DNA from: Pirellulaceae bacterium
GTDB taxonomy: Bacteria > Planctomycetota > Planctomycetia > Pirellulales > Pirellulaceae
Assembly (NCBI GenBank): GCA_041399045.1
Contig: JAWKTO010000016.1
Span: 10,595 to 74,594, forward strand
Direction: 5' to 3'
Length of the DNA: 64,000 nucleotides
A model generated the notes under the pieces. That model did not search any database. It had not been told where the DNA came from and saw nothing but the letters and a program-made list of their open reading frames with translations. This document shows, piece by piece, positions 47,158 through 56,648 of this stretch (the first letter of the stretch is position 1; each line of letters opens with the position of its first letter). The translations under genes were made by a program, and so were the position numbers.

Positions 47158-48600
47158 TCAGTCCGTGATTGCCGTCGTATCATATTTTTTGAGTTCAGCA
47201 ATTCGTTGTTCGTTGGTTATCAATCTGCCATTGAGAACGACGGCGTGAATTTTTCTGGTGCTGCCAATGTTCTCAAGCGGATTGGCATCGAGCAACACCA
47301 GGTCGGCAACTTTGCCAGGTTCAATTGAACCATGCGAATCCGTTTTTCCCAGGAATATTGCGGGATTGATCGTTGCTGTTCGCAGTGATTCAGTCGGTGA
47401 CAGTCCAGCCTCTACCAGCAATTCCAATTCGTCATGCAGGCTAAAACCGGGAAGGCAAAATGGATTCAAGCAGTCGGTTCCCGCCAACAGTGGGACCCCG
47501 GCATCATGTAAAGGCTTGATCAACCTGCGGTTGAATTCAAAAATCCTTTGATTGTGTTTGTAGAAATCATCATTGCGGTTGAATTGCTCGGGAGTTGGAG
47601 CAAGAGATTTGCGGACGGACTCAGCGAAGTATTTTACGTCAGGATTACTTTGAACGGTTTCCGTGTTAAGGTAGGCCATGTTGCGAATCACAGTCAGAGT
47701 CGGGCATTGCCACGTCTTATTCTTGGCGAGTTTCGCAAAAACGTCTTGTGCTTTCGCTTCATCGAACGATGCAATGGCACGTCGCATCACCGTACCGAGT
47801 ACTTCTTTATCATCGAAATACGTCCGCGGGTTTTGTGGATCGGGCATCGCCTCCCGCTGCATTTTTCGTAATTCTTCTTCCTCCGAAGAGCAGGCAATTG
47901 CAAACTCATATAGATGTTCCATGGCCGCATGTCCCGCATCGGAAGCTTCCAATATCGAAACCGTATACGGAACATGACCGGAGAAAGGGATTCCTTCAGC
48001 CCTAGCTAACTCGGCAAGTTTGAAATAGGCATCTCGTGGCAGCAGCGAATAGACTTTCAGAAAATCGGGTTTCAGTTTTAGACACTGCTGGAATATTCGC
48101 ACAGCGTCATCAGCGCTGGCAGCTTCCATTGAACCTGGCCAAATTGGATTAGGTCCGTCAATAATCGGACTTGCGATCACCATCTCAGGGCCGATTGACT
48201 TGTTGGAATCAAACTGTGAACTCCAAGTGCGATGGAAAGGAATGCCAGACATGACCCGAATGCCTGTAACACCATTTAGTGGGAACAGTGCACAACGTTT
48301 GTAGTCGTACCAATGGACGTGCATGTCCCAAAGGCCCGGAATCAGAAAGCGATTTGTGCCATCGATAGTGGTTTCACCTGAATTGGGGTTCAGTTCTGCG
48401 GAAGTTTCAACCGCTGTAATTTTTCCCTCTTTTATTAGCACGTCTTGGTTCGGTTTGATCGAACCGTCCACGACGTCAACGATGTTGACATTGAGGATTC
48501 GAATTATCCGTTGTTCATCTTGTGCATTTGCAAAGCGGCTGAAGACCGCAACAGCCAAAACGCAAAGGACGACGAGTGAATTGAAAATCCTGTTTTGCAC
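47158..48600 (-). CDS. secreted metal-dependent amidohydrolase family protein
   Basis: A signal peptide is followed by NVNIVDVVDG...VLIKEGKITAV....FLIPGLWDMHVHW (the HxH metal motif) and the C-terminal GSIEPGKVADLVLLDANPLENI, typical of the amidohydrolase superfamily. Confidence 0.8.
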   Translation of the reverse strand: MQNRIFNSLVVLCVLAVAVFSRFANAQDEQRIIRILNVNIVDVVDGSIKPNQDVLIKEGKITAVETSAELNPNSGETTIDGTNRFLIPGLWDMHVHWYDYKRCALFPLNGVTGIRVMSGIPFHRTWSSQFDSNKSIGPEMVIASPIIDGPNPIWPGSMEAASADDAVRIFQQCLKLKPDFLKVYSLLPRDAYFKLAELARAEGIPFSGHVPYTVSILEASDAGHAAMEHLYEFAIACSSEEEELRKMQREAMPDPQNPRTYFDDKEVLGTVMRRAIASFDEAKAQDVFAKLAKNKTWQCPTLTVIRNMAYLNTETVQSNPDVKYFAESVRKSLAPTPEQFNRNDDFYKHNQRIFEFNRRLIKPLHDAGVPLLAGTDCLNPFCLPGFSLHDELELLVEAGLSPTESLRTATINPAIFLGKTDSHGSIEPGKVADLVLLDANPLENIGSTRKIHAVVLNGRLITNEQRIAELKKYDTTAITD

Positions 48601-48656
48601 AGCCGAGCACCTTGTTCAAAGAAATTCAAAACCAAGCGCAATCAAGGTTTGTTGGA

Positions 48657-50078
48657 CTACTTGGATTTTTGAGGAGTAACTTCAGCATTTGCCAATGGTA
48701 ATGATCCTACGAACAATCCCTTGATGACCTCCGTCATGTGCGGAATATTCATTTTTTCGAATTCGTCAGATAGTTGATGATAGTCCTCGTGTAGCGAACC
48801 GCCAGAAACGCTGTGTGCAATGACGCCCTTTTCCACAAACGACCAGTTGTCGCTTTGGCGATACAGCATCGCACTGAATTGAGGATGTTCAAAGATATCC
48901 ACTCCAACTGCTTGGGCCCCCTCGTTCAAGAGTTTTCCGAGATCTGATTCGTTCCAACCTGTCATCCAAAGTTTGTTCGTTGCGCCAGGCTCCGGTCGAC
49001 CAATCATCTCGATGTTTATATTGGCAACGATTTTTTCGAGAGGCCAGCTGGGGTTTGCCGCAAAGTCCTTGGACCCCAACAACCCACTTTCTTCGCCCCA
49101 AAACGTCATGAACACAATGGAACGTTTGGGACGCACAGGCAATTTCGAAAATGCGTCGGCCAAGGTCAGTACTGCTGTGACGCCCGAAGCATCGTCATCG
49201 GCACCGTTGTAGACGCGATCTTCGGCAGTGAGATCGTCTGTGCTGCCTAGATGATCCAAGTGTGCTGAGAAAAGAATGCATTCCTTTGACAACTCGGGAT
49301 CGCTTCCTCGCATGAAGCCAATCACATTTTGGGCTTCATATTCAGATTTGACTTGTGCCGGAACATCGAATTGGACGGTCGATTTGGACAACGATTCTGC
49401 ATGTTTCCTATCAACCAGTACAACCGGCAAAGCAATGGCACGTTGCGGAACATACGGGCGAGGTTTGGCGCGAAGTTGTTTGGCAAGCGTGACCATTTGA
49501 TGATCAGCGGGCAAACAAATAATCAACGCTTCGACTCCTGATTGTTTCAGTCGAACACAAGCATTGGAGATTCGGAAAAATACGCTGCGCTGTTCACGTT
49601 CGGAACCGGCTTCAAGTTTGACGACAGCGACTTTGGCGTGTGCGTCGTCTGGCAACTTCCATTCATCATCAAGCTGGCCGACGTTGCCTTGGATGTGAAC
49701 ATCGTCTTCACCGCCATTGAGCAGGCCAAATGTTGAGATGGTTTCGCTTTCAAGTTCAATATCGATTGATTGAGATGGCGTTTGTGAAAGTGTCAGTTGC
49801 TTTGTATGAAAGAACGAGCCCTCAAAGCCGCCTCCTTCCGCCCCAGCTGCGTCCAAACGCGATCTTACGTAGGCTGCCGCGATGCGAAATTCCTGACTTC
49901 CAGTACCACGCCCTCCCATCGCATCACTGCATAGAAACTGGAGCGTCGAGCCAACACGTTGTTCATTGATTTCGTTTAATCCGTCAGCCAATTGGGGCGG
50001 TAACTCCTGACCAATTGCCGGTGAGTAGTCGAAGTAGATGAGAAACAATGCTGATAGGGCGACGATCATCCGGCTCAT
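48657..50078 (-). CDS. secreted M28-family aminopeptidase with PA-like insert
   Basis: Signal peptide MSRMIVALSALFLIYF. The motifs FSAHLDHLGS, NGADDDASGVTAVLTLADAF, VFMTFWGEESGLLGSKDF and NINIEMIGRP represent the M28 zinc ligands and the catalytic Glu-Glu. Confidence 0.85.
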   Translation of the reverse strand: MSRMIVALSALFLIYFDYSPAIGQELPPQLADGLNEINEQRVGSTLQFLCSDAMGGRGTGSQEFRIAAAYVRSRLDAAGAEGGGFEGSFFHTKQLTLSQTPSQSIDIELESETISTFGLLNGGEDDVHIQGNVGQLDDEWKLPDDAHAKVAVVKLEAGSEREQRSVFFRISNACVRLKQSGVEALIICLPADHQMVTLAKQLRAKPRPYVPQRAIALPVVLVDRKHAESLSKSTVQFDVPAQVKSEYEAQNVIGFMRGSDPELSKECILFSAHLDHLGSTDDLTAEDRVYNGADDDASGVTAVLTLADAFSKLPVRPKRSIVFMTFWGEESGLLGSKDFAANPSWPLEKIVANINIEMIGRPEPGATNKLWMTGWNESDLGKLLNEGAQAVGVDIFEHPQFSAMLYRQSDNWSFVEKGVIAHSVSGGSLHEDYHQLSDEFEKMNIPHMTEVIKGLFVGSLPLANAEVTPQKSK

Positions 50079-50365
50079 GCGAAAATCCTATTTAGGTTTG
50101 AGTTCCAATATTCGAATCGAACAGCTGGACCTATCGATTCAAATGGCCTTTGGGAAGGTGTACTTTAACACATTCGAATTGGTTTTGTTTCGCACCGGAA
50201 TTTGGCCATAAGCAACCAAGCGGGGAAATCGAAATCAAAGCAAAATGAGGCCACTGCGCAAAAAAACGTTCAGTCGCACAGGCAAGTCGAGTTTGTTTGC
50301 AAAATTAGCGGCGCGAACCAAGTCTCACGATCGCGTGTTGGACTCCGGCGAAAGAGTATCGCGAG

Positions 50366-51559
50366 TTAGTTGGACGTTGCCATTGGCGCGGCCGGTTCAC
50401 TGGCGGCCGAATTTCGCAGTTTGAGCAGAAAGTAAATTCCGACTCCGGCGACAATCAACATGGAGATTCCCAGAATCGGCCTGACCGCGATCCAGGCAAT
50501 CGCAATGGTAATCGCACACAAGATGACCGAAAGCAACATCGAAAACACAAACAGGAGTCCCCCGGTCAATCTTCCCAGGAAGGGAATGATGCTGGCGATG
50601 GCACTGATCGGGCCAAGGATCAAATTGAATCCAATTCCACAAACGATGAAGCCTGCAAAACGCAACGCCCATGCAATCGTATTATTTTCGCTGACGAGTT
50701 TGCCCATGATTTCGTCGCTGGAAAGAGTTCCCATGTACAAACGCTGGATCGATTCGCCGTTGCTGGTACGGAAGTTATCCAGTTGGTTTGCTTTTAGCTG
50801 TGCAACTATGCTGACAACCGCTGGCTTGCATTCCTTGAATCTGATTTGCAGATCGCCAACTTGGGGCGAGTTGGGATCGGCATCGCCTGCGCTGTAGTAA
50901 ATCACATTGCCATTGATCTGGTAATGGGTTCGCTCTTCTTCGGGAACGGTTGCCAAAAATTTGTCGCTATCGATTGAAACGTCCGTCCAATTGCTGATCG
51001 ATGATTTCAAGCTTTCGCTCAATTCATAAACGCCCACGGCAACTTCGTTTGCGTCGACTGCCATGTTGTCGTATTTGGGTGCGGGATTGGCGTGACCTTC
51101 CGGGTGTTCGAAGTGGTTGCTGTCCTGATAGTGGTCAACCCATTCTTTTTCGTAAGTAGTTGTTTTGGTTGTTTCGGTTCCTCCGCCGAATTTGTCTTTC
51201 GTGCGCGTTTCGGTTTCTTCGACCCATTGATACATTTCGACGCTTCGTTGGAGACGCAATGCATTGGCGCTGATACCAAAGGTTTCGTCTTGGAGTTGTT
51301 CGGTGGTGTTCGCTTCACCAGACAGATGAACAAGCGAGTCGTTCATCTCGGATGCGGTTTCGTTGACGTTGGGGATTGTCTGGACGACCCGAGCTGCCTC
51401 AGCTAATCCGCGACTTCGATGGACTGTTCGGAATTCGTTCCAGCCCAACAGGATTAGCGAGCCAGGTACCATCAACAACCCGATGAGCACACCCATCAAC
51501 GAGTTTTTCATGCGGCCAAAAAAGCCGGTATGTGAAACCGAAGTGAATTGATTAGCCAT
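50366..51559 (-). CDS. TMEM43/DUF1625 family membrane protein
   Basis: The N-terminal GFFGRMKNSLMGVLIGLLMVPGSLILLGWNEFRTV, the internal VEMYQWVEE and YEKEWV motifs, and three C-terminal TM helices match the bacterial TMEM43-like architecture. Confidence 0.7.
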   Translation of the reverse strand: MANQFTSVSHTGFFGRMKNSLMGVLIGLLMVPGSLILLGWNEFRTVHRSRGLAEAARVVQTIPNVNETASEMNDSLVHLSGEANTTEQLQDETFGISANALRLQRSVEMYQWVEETETRTKDKFGGGTETTKTTTYEKEWVDHYQDSNHFEHPEGHANPAPKYDNMAVDANEVAVGVYELSESLKSSISNWTDVSIDSDKFLATVPEEERTHYQINGNVIYYSAGDADPNSPQVGDLQIRFKECKPAVVSIVAQLKANQLDNFRTSNGESIQRLYMGTLSSDEIMGKLVSENNTIAWALRFAGFIVCGIGFNLILGPISAIASIIPFLGRLTGGLLFVFSMLLSVILCAITIAIAWIAVRPILGISMLIVAGVGIYFLLKLRNSAASEPAAPMATSN

Positions 51560-51657
51560 GTCTTTGCTCGACTAGTGATCAAAAAATTGGGTGAACCATC
51601 CGTTTGCAACAAGTCCAAGATACCGTTTGTTTCGGATGTTGGACATAAAAAATCACG

Positions 51658-52233
51658 CTAACTGTGCATTCTCGGCAGCGGATCACCCCGATGAATGATC
51701 TCCGCTTCTAAAGCCGACAATTCTTCCAGGCGTTCGCGAACCTGTTCGTCGTCGCCAAACAACTTGGCCATCCGAACATAAGTTGTGTGATGCCGAGCCT
51801 CGGATTCAAACAGACTGCCGTAAAATTCGGCCAATTCGGGATCTTTCACGTGGTCGCGAAGCAGTGAAAATCGTTCGCAGGACCTCGCTTCAATCAGACT
51901 GGCGACAAGGAAACGATCGATTGCTCGATACGGCTCATATTTTCGAACCAGATCATTCAGCTGTCGGCCATAACCGCCAGCTTGTTGGCGGCCAAACGGA
52001 ATGTTTCGTTTTTCCAAGAGCCGCAGTACCTGCTGAAAGTGATCGAGTTCTTCATTGACAATGATTACTAAATCATCGACCAATTCCGTTCGATCAATGT
52101 AGGCCATGATCAGATTCATGGCACAAGCCGCGGCCTTCTTTTCACAATGCGCGTGATCGATCAAAATTTCAGGAAGAAACTCGTCAACTTGTTTTAACCA
52201 ACGGGTTCGCGATTCCGATTGCAGACTGAGCAT
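51658..52233 (-). CDS. miaE: tRNA-(ms2io6A37)-hydroxylase MiaE-like ferritin-fold di-iron protein
   Basis: The motifs LIDHAHCEKKAA, VNEELDHFQQV, LIEARSCERF and FESEARHH represent the paired E / ExxH di-iron ligands in MiaE order. The length (191 aa) is typical of the short bacterial form. Confidence 0.75.
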   Translation of the reverse strand: MLSLQSESRTRWLKQVDEFLPEILIDHAHCEKKAAACAMNLIMAYIDRTELVDDLVIIVNEELDHFQQVLRLLEKRNIPFGRQQAGGYGRQLNDLVRKYEPYRAIDRFLVASLIEARSCERFSLLRDHVKDPELAEFYGSLFESEARHHTTYVRMAKLFGDDEQVRERLEELSALEAEIIHRGDPLPRMHS

Positions 52234-52371
52234 GTTGTTTCATTGTGTTTTCGTAAAAGGTGTCGGAAGATGCGTTCCGAATCAAAGGTCAGTATAAACA
52301 AATCTGCTCATTGACGGCATGGCGTGGTGAAGGCCGGTTTTGTCGAGAGGGTGTAGGTTTTTTTGTTTGAT

Positions 52372-52560
52372 ACGGGCAGGAGTGCCCATGCTACGTTTTC
52401 CAAGCACGGGCAGGAGTGCCGATGTTACGTTTTTCAAGCACGAGCAAGAGGCGTGCAATTTCAGGCAAAGGCAAGAGTGCAAAATTGTCTGTTCCGGGCA
52501 AGGGCAGAAACGCAAGGTTACTTTTCCAGGTATAGCTAGGCGCAAAGTTACATTCGGCGG
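52372..52560. repeat. degenerate tandem array (5-6 units of about 27-34 nt) derived from the REP-like CGGGCAGGAGTGCC element
   Basis: Unit 1, ACGGGCAGGAGTGCCCATGCTACGTTTTCCAAGC (52372..52405). Unit 2, ACGGGCAGGAGTGCCGATGTTACGTTTTTCAAGC (52406..52439). Progressively decayed units follow: ACGAGCAAGAGGCGTGCAATTTCAGGC, AAAGGCAAGAGTGCAAAATTGTCTGTTCCGGG, CAAGGGCAGAAACGCAAGGTTACTTTTCCAGG, TATAGCTAGGCGCAAAGTTACATTCGGCGG. The array lies between the divergent miaE and ydcF-like genes. Confidence 0.7.
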
Positions 52561-52617
52561 AAAACGTTTAAGAGACGCTTGGTCAAGCGATTGAGTCAAT
52601 AAAGTATGAGGTAGACA

Positions 52618-53538
52618 GTGTTTCGGCGCAAGAAAAACTGGGAAGACCAATTCGATGAGTCGTACGGTGATCGGCCAGAGAGGAAGGCCGTCGAAGGTCC
52701 ATTGCTGTGGGTCCATATTGTCTTTCTGATCGTCATCGGTGTCCTCGCGCTTCTTGGGGTTTGGAGCGTTGCCGGACGCGGAATGGCCGAGAAATCGCTT
52801 AAAGAAATCTTGACGCCAGTCGGTTTGCTCTGGCTGTTTCTGGCATTGCAAATTTATTTTGGGGCAATCTACCGTCGGCAAGCGCTGTTTGTTTGCAGCG
52901 CGTTGGCGTTTTTAATTCTCACTGCGGGTGGCAACTATTTTGTGAGCCGACTGTTGACATCAAATCTCGAATCGGAATTTGTTGACATCGATCCGTTCAA
53001 AACCGATTCATACGATGCTTTGGTAGTTTTGGGCGGGGGCTCCGACGATCGGCAAAACGGCAATGCCCAGTTATTGCAATCAGGGGAACGGATCGCGCTG
53101 GCCGCGGAGTTGTTCCATGCAGGTCAGGCTCCGCTGATCATTGTTACCGGAACGGCAATGTTCATGGCAACGGAGAATGACATGCACCCCTGTGAAGAGT
53201 CACAACAGATCCTGATTCGGCTTGGAGTGCCGCAAGATCAGATCGTGATGCTCAAAGGTGACAACACTTCGCAGGAAATGGATTCGTTGAAAACATGGCT
53301 GGAGCAGAAAGCCGAATCGAAGCGGCCGCAACGAATTGGACTCGTGACATCGGCCTGGCACCTTCGGCGTGCGCTGGGACTTTCGAAAAAACGCGGCATG
53401 GATTTGCAACCGGTTCCAGCGGACTTTAAAACGGGACCCTACCACGCGCATCCAAGTATGGTGATCCCAAGTGCATCCAACCTGGAAAACGTCGCAGTTT
53501 CAATCCATGAAATACTTGGGCGTTTGATTGGGAGATAG
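52618..53538 (+). CDS. YdcF/ElyC-like DUF218 domain membrane protein
   Basis: GTG start and three N-terminal TM helices. The motifs YDALVVLGGGSDD, PLIIVTG and RIGLVTSAWHLRRA are characteristic of DUF218 (SanA/YdcF). Confidence 0.75.
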   Translation: MFRRKKNWEDQFDESYGDRPERKAVEGPLLWVHIVFLIVIGVLALLGVWSVAGRGMAEKSLKEILTPVGLLWLFLALQIYFGAIYRRQALFVCSALAFLILTAGGNYFVSRLLTSNLESEFVDIDPFKTDSYDALVVLGGGSDDRQNGNAQLLQSGERIALAAELFHAGQAPLIIVTGTAMFMATENDMHPCEESQQILIRLGVPQDQIVMLKGDNTSQEMDSLKTWLEQKAESKRPQRIGLVTSAWHLRRALGLSKKRGMDLQPVPADFKTGPYHAHPSMVIPSASNLENVAVSIHEILGRLIGR

Positions 53539-53539
53539 A

Positions 53540-54160
53540 CTAGCCATCGCGCAGTCGGCGTTTCCAAAGCGACAATTGCGATGTGTGCGATTCGAATATC
53601 GCTTCATCAGGTTTAACGCGATCGACCCACCAGTCGATCGATTGGACCGTACGATGAAGATTATCGCCGTTGATGTCCGTCGATCCGGCTTCGCGACAGG
53701 AGACCGACCCGAAAAATGTTCCTCCCGGCCTCGTCACGCGGTTGATTTCTCCGATCAGCAGTTCAATGTCGGCAACGTCGAGATGTTCCATGACATCAAA
53801 GCAGGTCACCAGTGAAAAGCATGCGTCTTCGAATGGCAAACGGCAGCCTTCGATGCGACGAAACGCGTCGGGGTTGCGCTTGACCAACGCCGGCATCCGA
53901 TTTTTTGAACGTTCAATCGCTTCGTCACTGACATCAACGCCATGGACGTCGTAGTAAAACGGCTTTTGTGAAAGGAATTGGCAGACGAAACCAACACCAC
54001 AGCCGACATCCAGCGACTTACCGCCGAGCATTTGAAGTCGTTTCGTCGCCTGAACACAGTTCAGAAAGCCAGGCGAATTTTCCGCGCGATTGTAGTTGTC
54101 GTTGTCACGAATTACCTGGTTATAGATTTCGCGATAGTCGGGCGAAGTCGATTGGGTCAT
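53540..54160 (-). CDS. class I SAM-dependent methyltransferase
   Basis: Motif I is SLDVGCGVGFV. It is followed by HGVDVSDEAI, FSLVTCFDVMEHL and TRPGGTFFGSV. Confidence 0.8.
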   Translation of the reverse strand: MTQSTSPDYREIYNQVIRDNDNYNRAENSPGFLNCVQATKRLQMLGGKSLDVGCGVGFVCQFLSQKPFYYDVHGVDVSDEAIERSKNRMPALVKRNPDAFRRIEGCRLPFEDACFSLVTCFDVMEHLDVADIELLIGEINRVTRPGGTFFGSVSCREAGSTDINGDNLHRTVQSIDWWVDRVKPDEAIFESHTSQLSLWKRRLRDG

Positions 54161-54209
54161 GGACGTCCTGTATCAAATCAAGTTTACAAAACCTTGCTGA
54201 CAATCCGTT

Positions 54210-55523
54210 TTATTTTTCAAGCGAAACACAAACGATCTCTTTGTCGTTTCGGGCGAACATGCATTTTTGGGCAAAAGCCGGGTGGCTCCAGACGACCCTA
54301 CGATTTGATGTTTGCGTCGTCGGTTCCAGAATTTTTGCTCGGTCCAACAAATCAAACTTCTCTGGTGACAATTTTGCAATTAGCAATTCGCCTTGTTCGG
54401 TCATGATGTAGTAATGGTCTTCGCATTTGACAATGAAGCCTGTGGTTGAGTTGTTCGGACGTCCGTTAGTCGCCGTTTCCATGGACTCCCATACTCGATC
54501 GCCAGTTTCCAGATTGACGCAACGAAATTGACCGGCCTCATCAACTCCATAGATATGACCATCGACAATTAGTGGAGGATTGTGATCCGGGTGGGTGCCG
54601 TGCCCACGCCAAACTTCCGTAGCCTTGGGCTCGTTCTCGTCCAATTTCAACAACAGCGAAGTGCCTTGGAGCGCAGTTGTATAAAGGTAGTCGCCATATT
54701 TGATCGGCGCGACAATCGACATGTCATACGCCGGCTGCATTTCAAATGACCAATAGACCTCGCCCGTTTCTGGATTGAGCGAATTCAATGATTCAGGATG
54801 CCAAACCAACAATTGTTTTGTTCCGCCGGCTTCGATCATGGTTGGCGGACAGTAACCTTGGGAACGAGCGGACAGCGCGGACCAAAGTTCTTCGCCGGTA
54901 TTCTTTTCGAATGCAACAACGACATTGTCTTCGGTTCCGACAATACAATACAGTTGATCGCCATCGACAAGCGGATGTGCCGCAAAACCCCAGTGCGGAG
55001 CCAGTTCCAATTGGTAATCCTGCTTGAGATCTTTTTTCCAAACCACTTCACCGTCTTCACATCGCAGGCAGTGCAGCATCCCTTCGGCACCCAACGTGTA
55101 CACATGTTCGCTGTCAACAGTTGGCGTTGCTCGTGGCCCGTTAGGATAGGAAAATTTATATTGGCAGTCGTAAGTGACACTCCAAAGTGTGTCGCCTGAT
55201 TTGGCGTCTAGACAATGCACCCGTTCTGAACCCGTCAGTTCACTTTTTTTGCCGGGGTTGGGTGTTGGATCGCCGTCCGTTCGAACAAAGTCCAGAACAA
55301 AGACGCACCCATTGGAAACGGCCGGCCCAGAGTAGCCATTAGCGATCGGTACTCTCCACAAGATGTTGGGGCCGTCTTTGGGAAACGCCGTCAAGGTGCC
55401 GGTTTCATGCCACACTCCGTCGCGATCTTCGCCTTGCCACTGCGGCCAATCCTGCGCCGATGCAACGTTTAACGCCGCGAGCGTTGCAATTATCCCGAAA
55501 AACACCTTTTGCGTAACAAGCAT
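54210..55523 (-). CDS. secreted PQQ-like (BamB-type) beta-propeller repeat protein
   Basis: A signal peptide is followed by AQDWPQWQGEDRDGVW and recurring propeller units (G.VYW, GD.LYC, GHIYGVDE, DHYYIMT), the pattern common in planctomycetal PQQ-like repeat proteins. Confidence 0.75.
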   Translation of the reverse strand: MLVTQKVFFGIIATLAALNVASAQDWPQWQGEDRDGVWHETGTLTAFPKDGPNILWRVPIANGYSGPAVSNGCVFVLDFVRTDGDPTPNPGKKSELTGSERVHCLDAKSGDTLWSVTYDCQYKFSYPNGPRATPTVDSEHVYTLGAEGMLHCLRCEDGEVVWKKDLKQDYQLELAPHWGFAAHPLVDGDQLYCIVGTEDNVVVAFEKNTGEELWSALSARSQGYCPPTMIEAGGTKQLLVWHPESLNSLNPETGEVYWSFEMQPAYDMSIVAPIKYGDYLYTTALQGTSLLLKLDENEPKATEVWRGHGTHPDHNPPLIVDGHIYGVDEAGQFRCVNLETGDRVWESMETATNGRPNNSTTGFIVKCEDHYYIMTEQGELLIAKLSPEKFDLLDRAKILEPTTQTSNRRVVWSHPAFAQKCMFARNDKEIVCVSLEK

Positions 55524-55817
55524 CGTTCCGATTCCTTTTCAGCGAAAAATCCCGAGAAAGTTTGGCCAATCGTTGGTGAAGTGACTGGTTTCTATTGTGG
55601 TGGATATGAATTTCTCAGACAAGTGAATGCGGTGGGACAAAATATTTGAATTTGATGTCACAATCGCATTTTCAGATGGTACCGAAACGAACGGCAATTT
55701 GAATGGGAAATTTCAATGAGCGATACCATTAACCGAACAAAGTATGGAAGGTGGAAATGAAGTGGAGCGACTATTTTGGGTAATCTTGTTTTTAGGGGCG
55801 TCGCCACTTGGGTGGAA

Positions 55818-56648
55818 ATGCCACTTGCCTATTCGCTGCCGTTAGTCGCCGTCGGGCTAAGTGGATTCATTGTTAGCAAATTCTTCAGCAAGACGAAAAT
55901 GATTGCCGTGCGCGAAGTGGAATTGGCCCCGCAACATTCGCGTCAGTGTGAGAGCGAATCGTGTGAGACCGCAATGGATAAGGGGGCAGTTGATTCCAAT
56001 TTTACCGGGCGGAAATCATGGAATGCCTTGATCGTGTGCCTCATCGTTGGGTTGGCAATCGCTGGAGCGATTGCCTTGAATTCGCCGCTCCCCGTCCTTT
56101 TGCCGACGATAATCTTGGTGTTGTGGATGGCAAAGGTGGCGATGCATGAGAAGGCTTATCGCGCACAAAAGTGGAAAAATATCGCAAGCAACAATGGGTG
56201 GCAGTTTGACGCTGGCCATTTCTGGGATCGCTATCAAACTCCAAAAATCATAGCAGAAATCGACGGTCGAGAAGTACAAATATCAACGGCTTTTCAACGC
56301 CGCATGAACAAATATGTTGAATCGCTTGTCGTGAGAGCCGACGTTTCAAATGGGCAAGAGAATTATTGTATCGACGATATGCGAATTGCCGACTCGTCAT
56401 CGGCATTCGTCCAGCAGCTTTTTTCGACAGAAGGAATCTGCCAGAGGTTGACGCGTATTCGCCCGTTCCGAATTGCCCATTTCAAAAGTGAGCTGACGAT
56501 TCATTTGGACTACATTCCTACACTCCAAAGCGAATTCGAATCGATCATCAATTTAACTATTGAATTTTCAGAGGCCATCGAAACGCTATCCGAATGCTAT
56601 CGGACCAGAACCGGCGATGTGAACGCGTTTTCAATGACATCGATTTGA
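55818..56648 (+). CDS. hypothetical membrane protein
   Basis: ORF 55776..56648 (TTG); the first ATG is at 55818. It has two or three TM helices (LPLVAVGLSGFIVSKFF; ALIVCLIVGLAIAGAIAL; LLPTIILVLWMAKVA). I recognise no family. The 3' end overlaps the convergent TadG-like gene by about 50 nt. Confidence 0.4.
   Translation: MPLAYSLPLVAVGLSGFIVSKFFSKTKMIAVREVELAPQHSRQCESESCETAMDKGAVDSNFTGRKSWNALIVCLIVGLAIAGAIALNSPLPVLLPTIILVLWMAKVAMHEKAYRAQKWKNIASNNGWQFDAGHFWDRYQTPKIIAEIDGREVQISTAFQRRMNKYVESLVVRADVSNGQENYCIDDMRIADSSSAFVQQLFSTEGICQRLTRIRPFRIAHFKSELTIHLDYIPTLQSEFESIINLTIEFSEAIETLSECYRTRTGDVNAFSMTSI

Noticed and set aside
52372-52560. Possible CRISPR array
   Set aside because: The units are contiguous with no unique spacers, they decay rapidly in identity, and no cas genes are present. 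This is a degenerate tandem repeat, not a CRISPR array.
52282-52881. 199-aa minus-strand ORF spanning the miaE / ydcF intergenic region
   Set aside because: It is generated by the tandem repeat array (translation CPCPEQTILHSCLCLKLHASCSCLK...) and overlaps the start of the YdcF-like gene. It has no start context or motifs.
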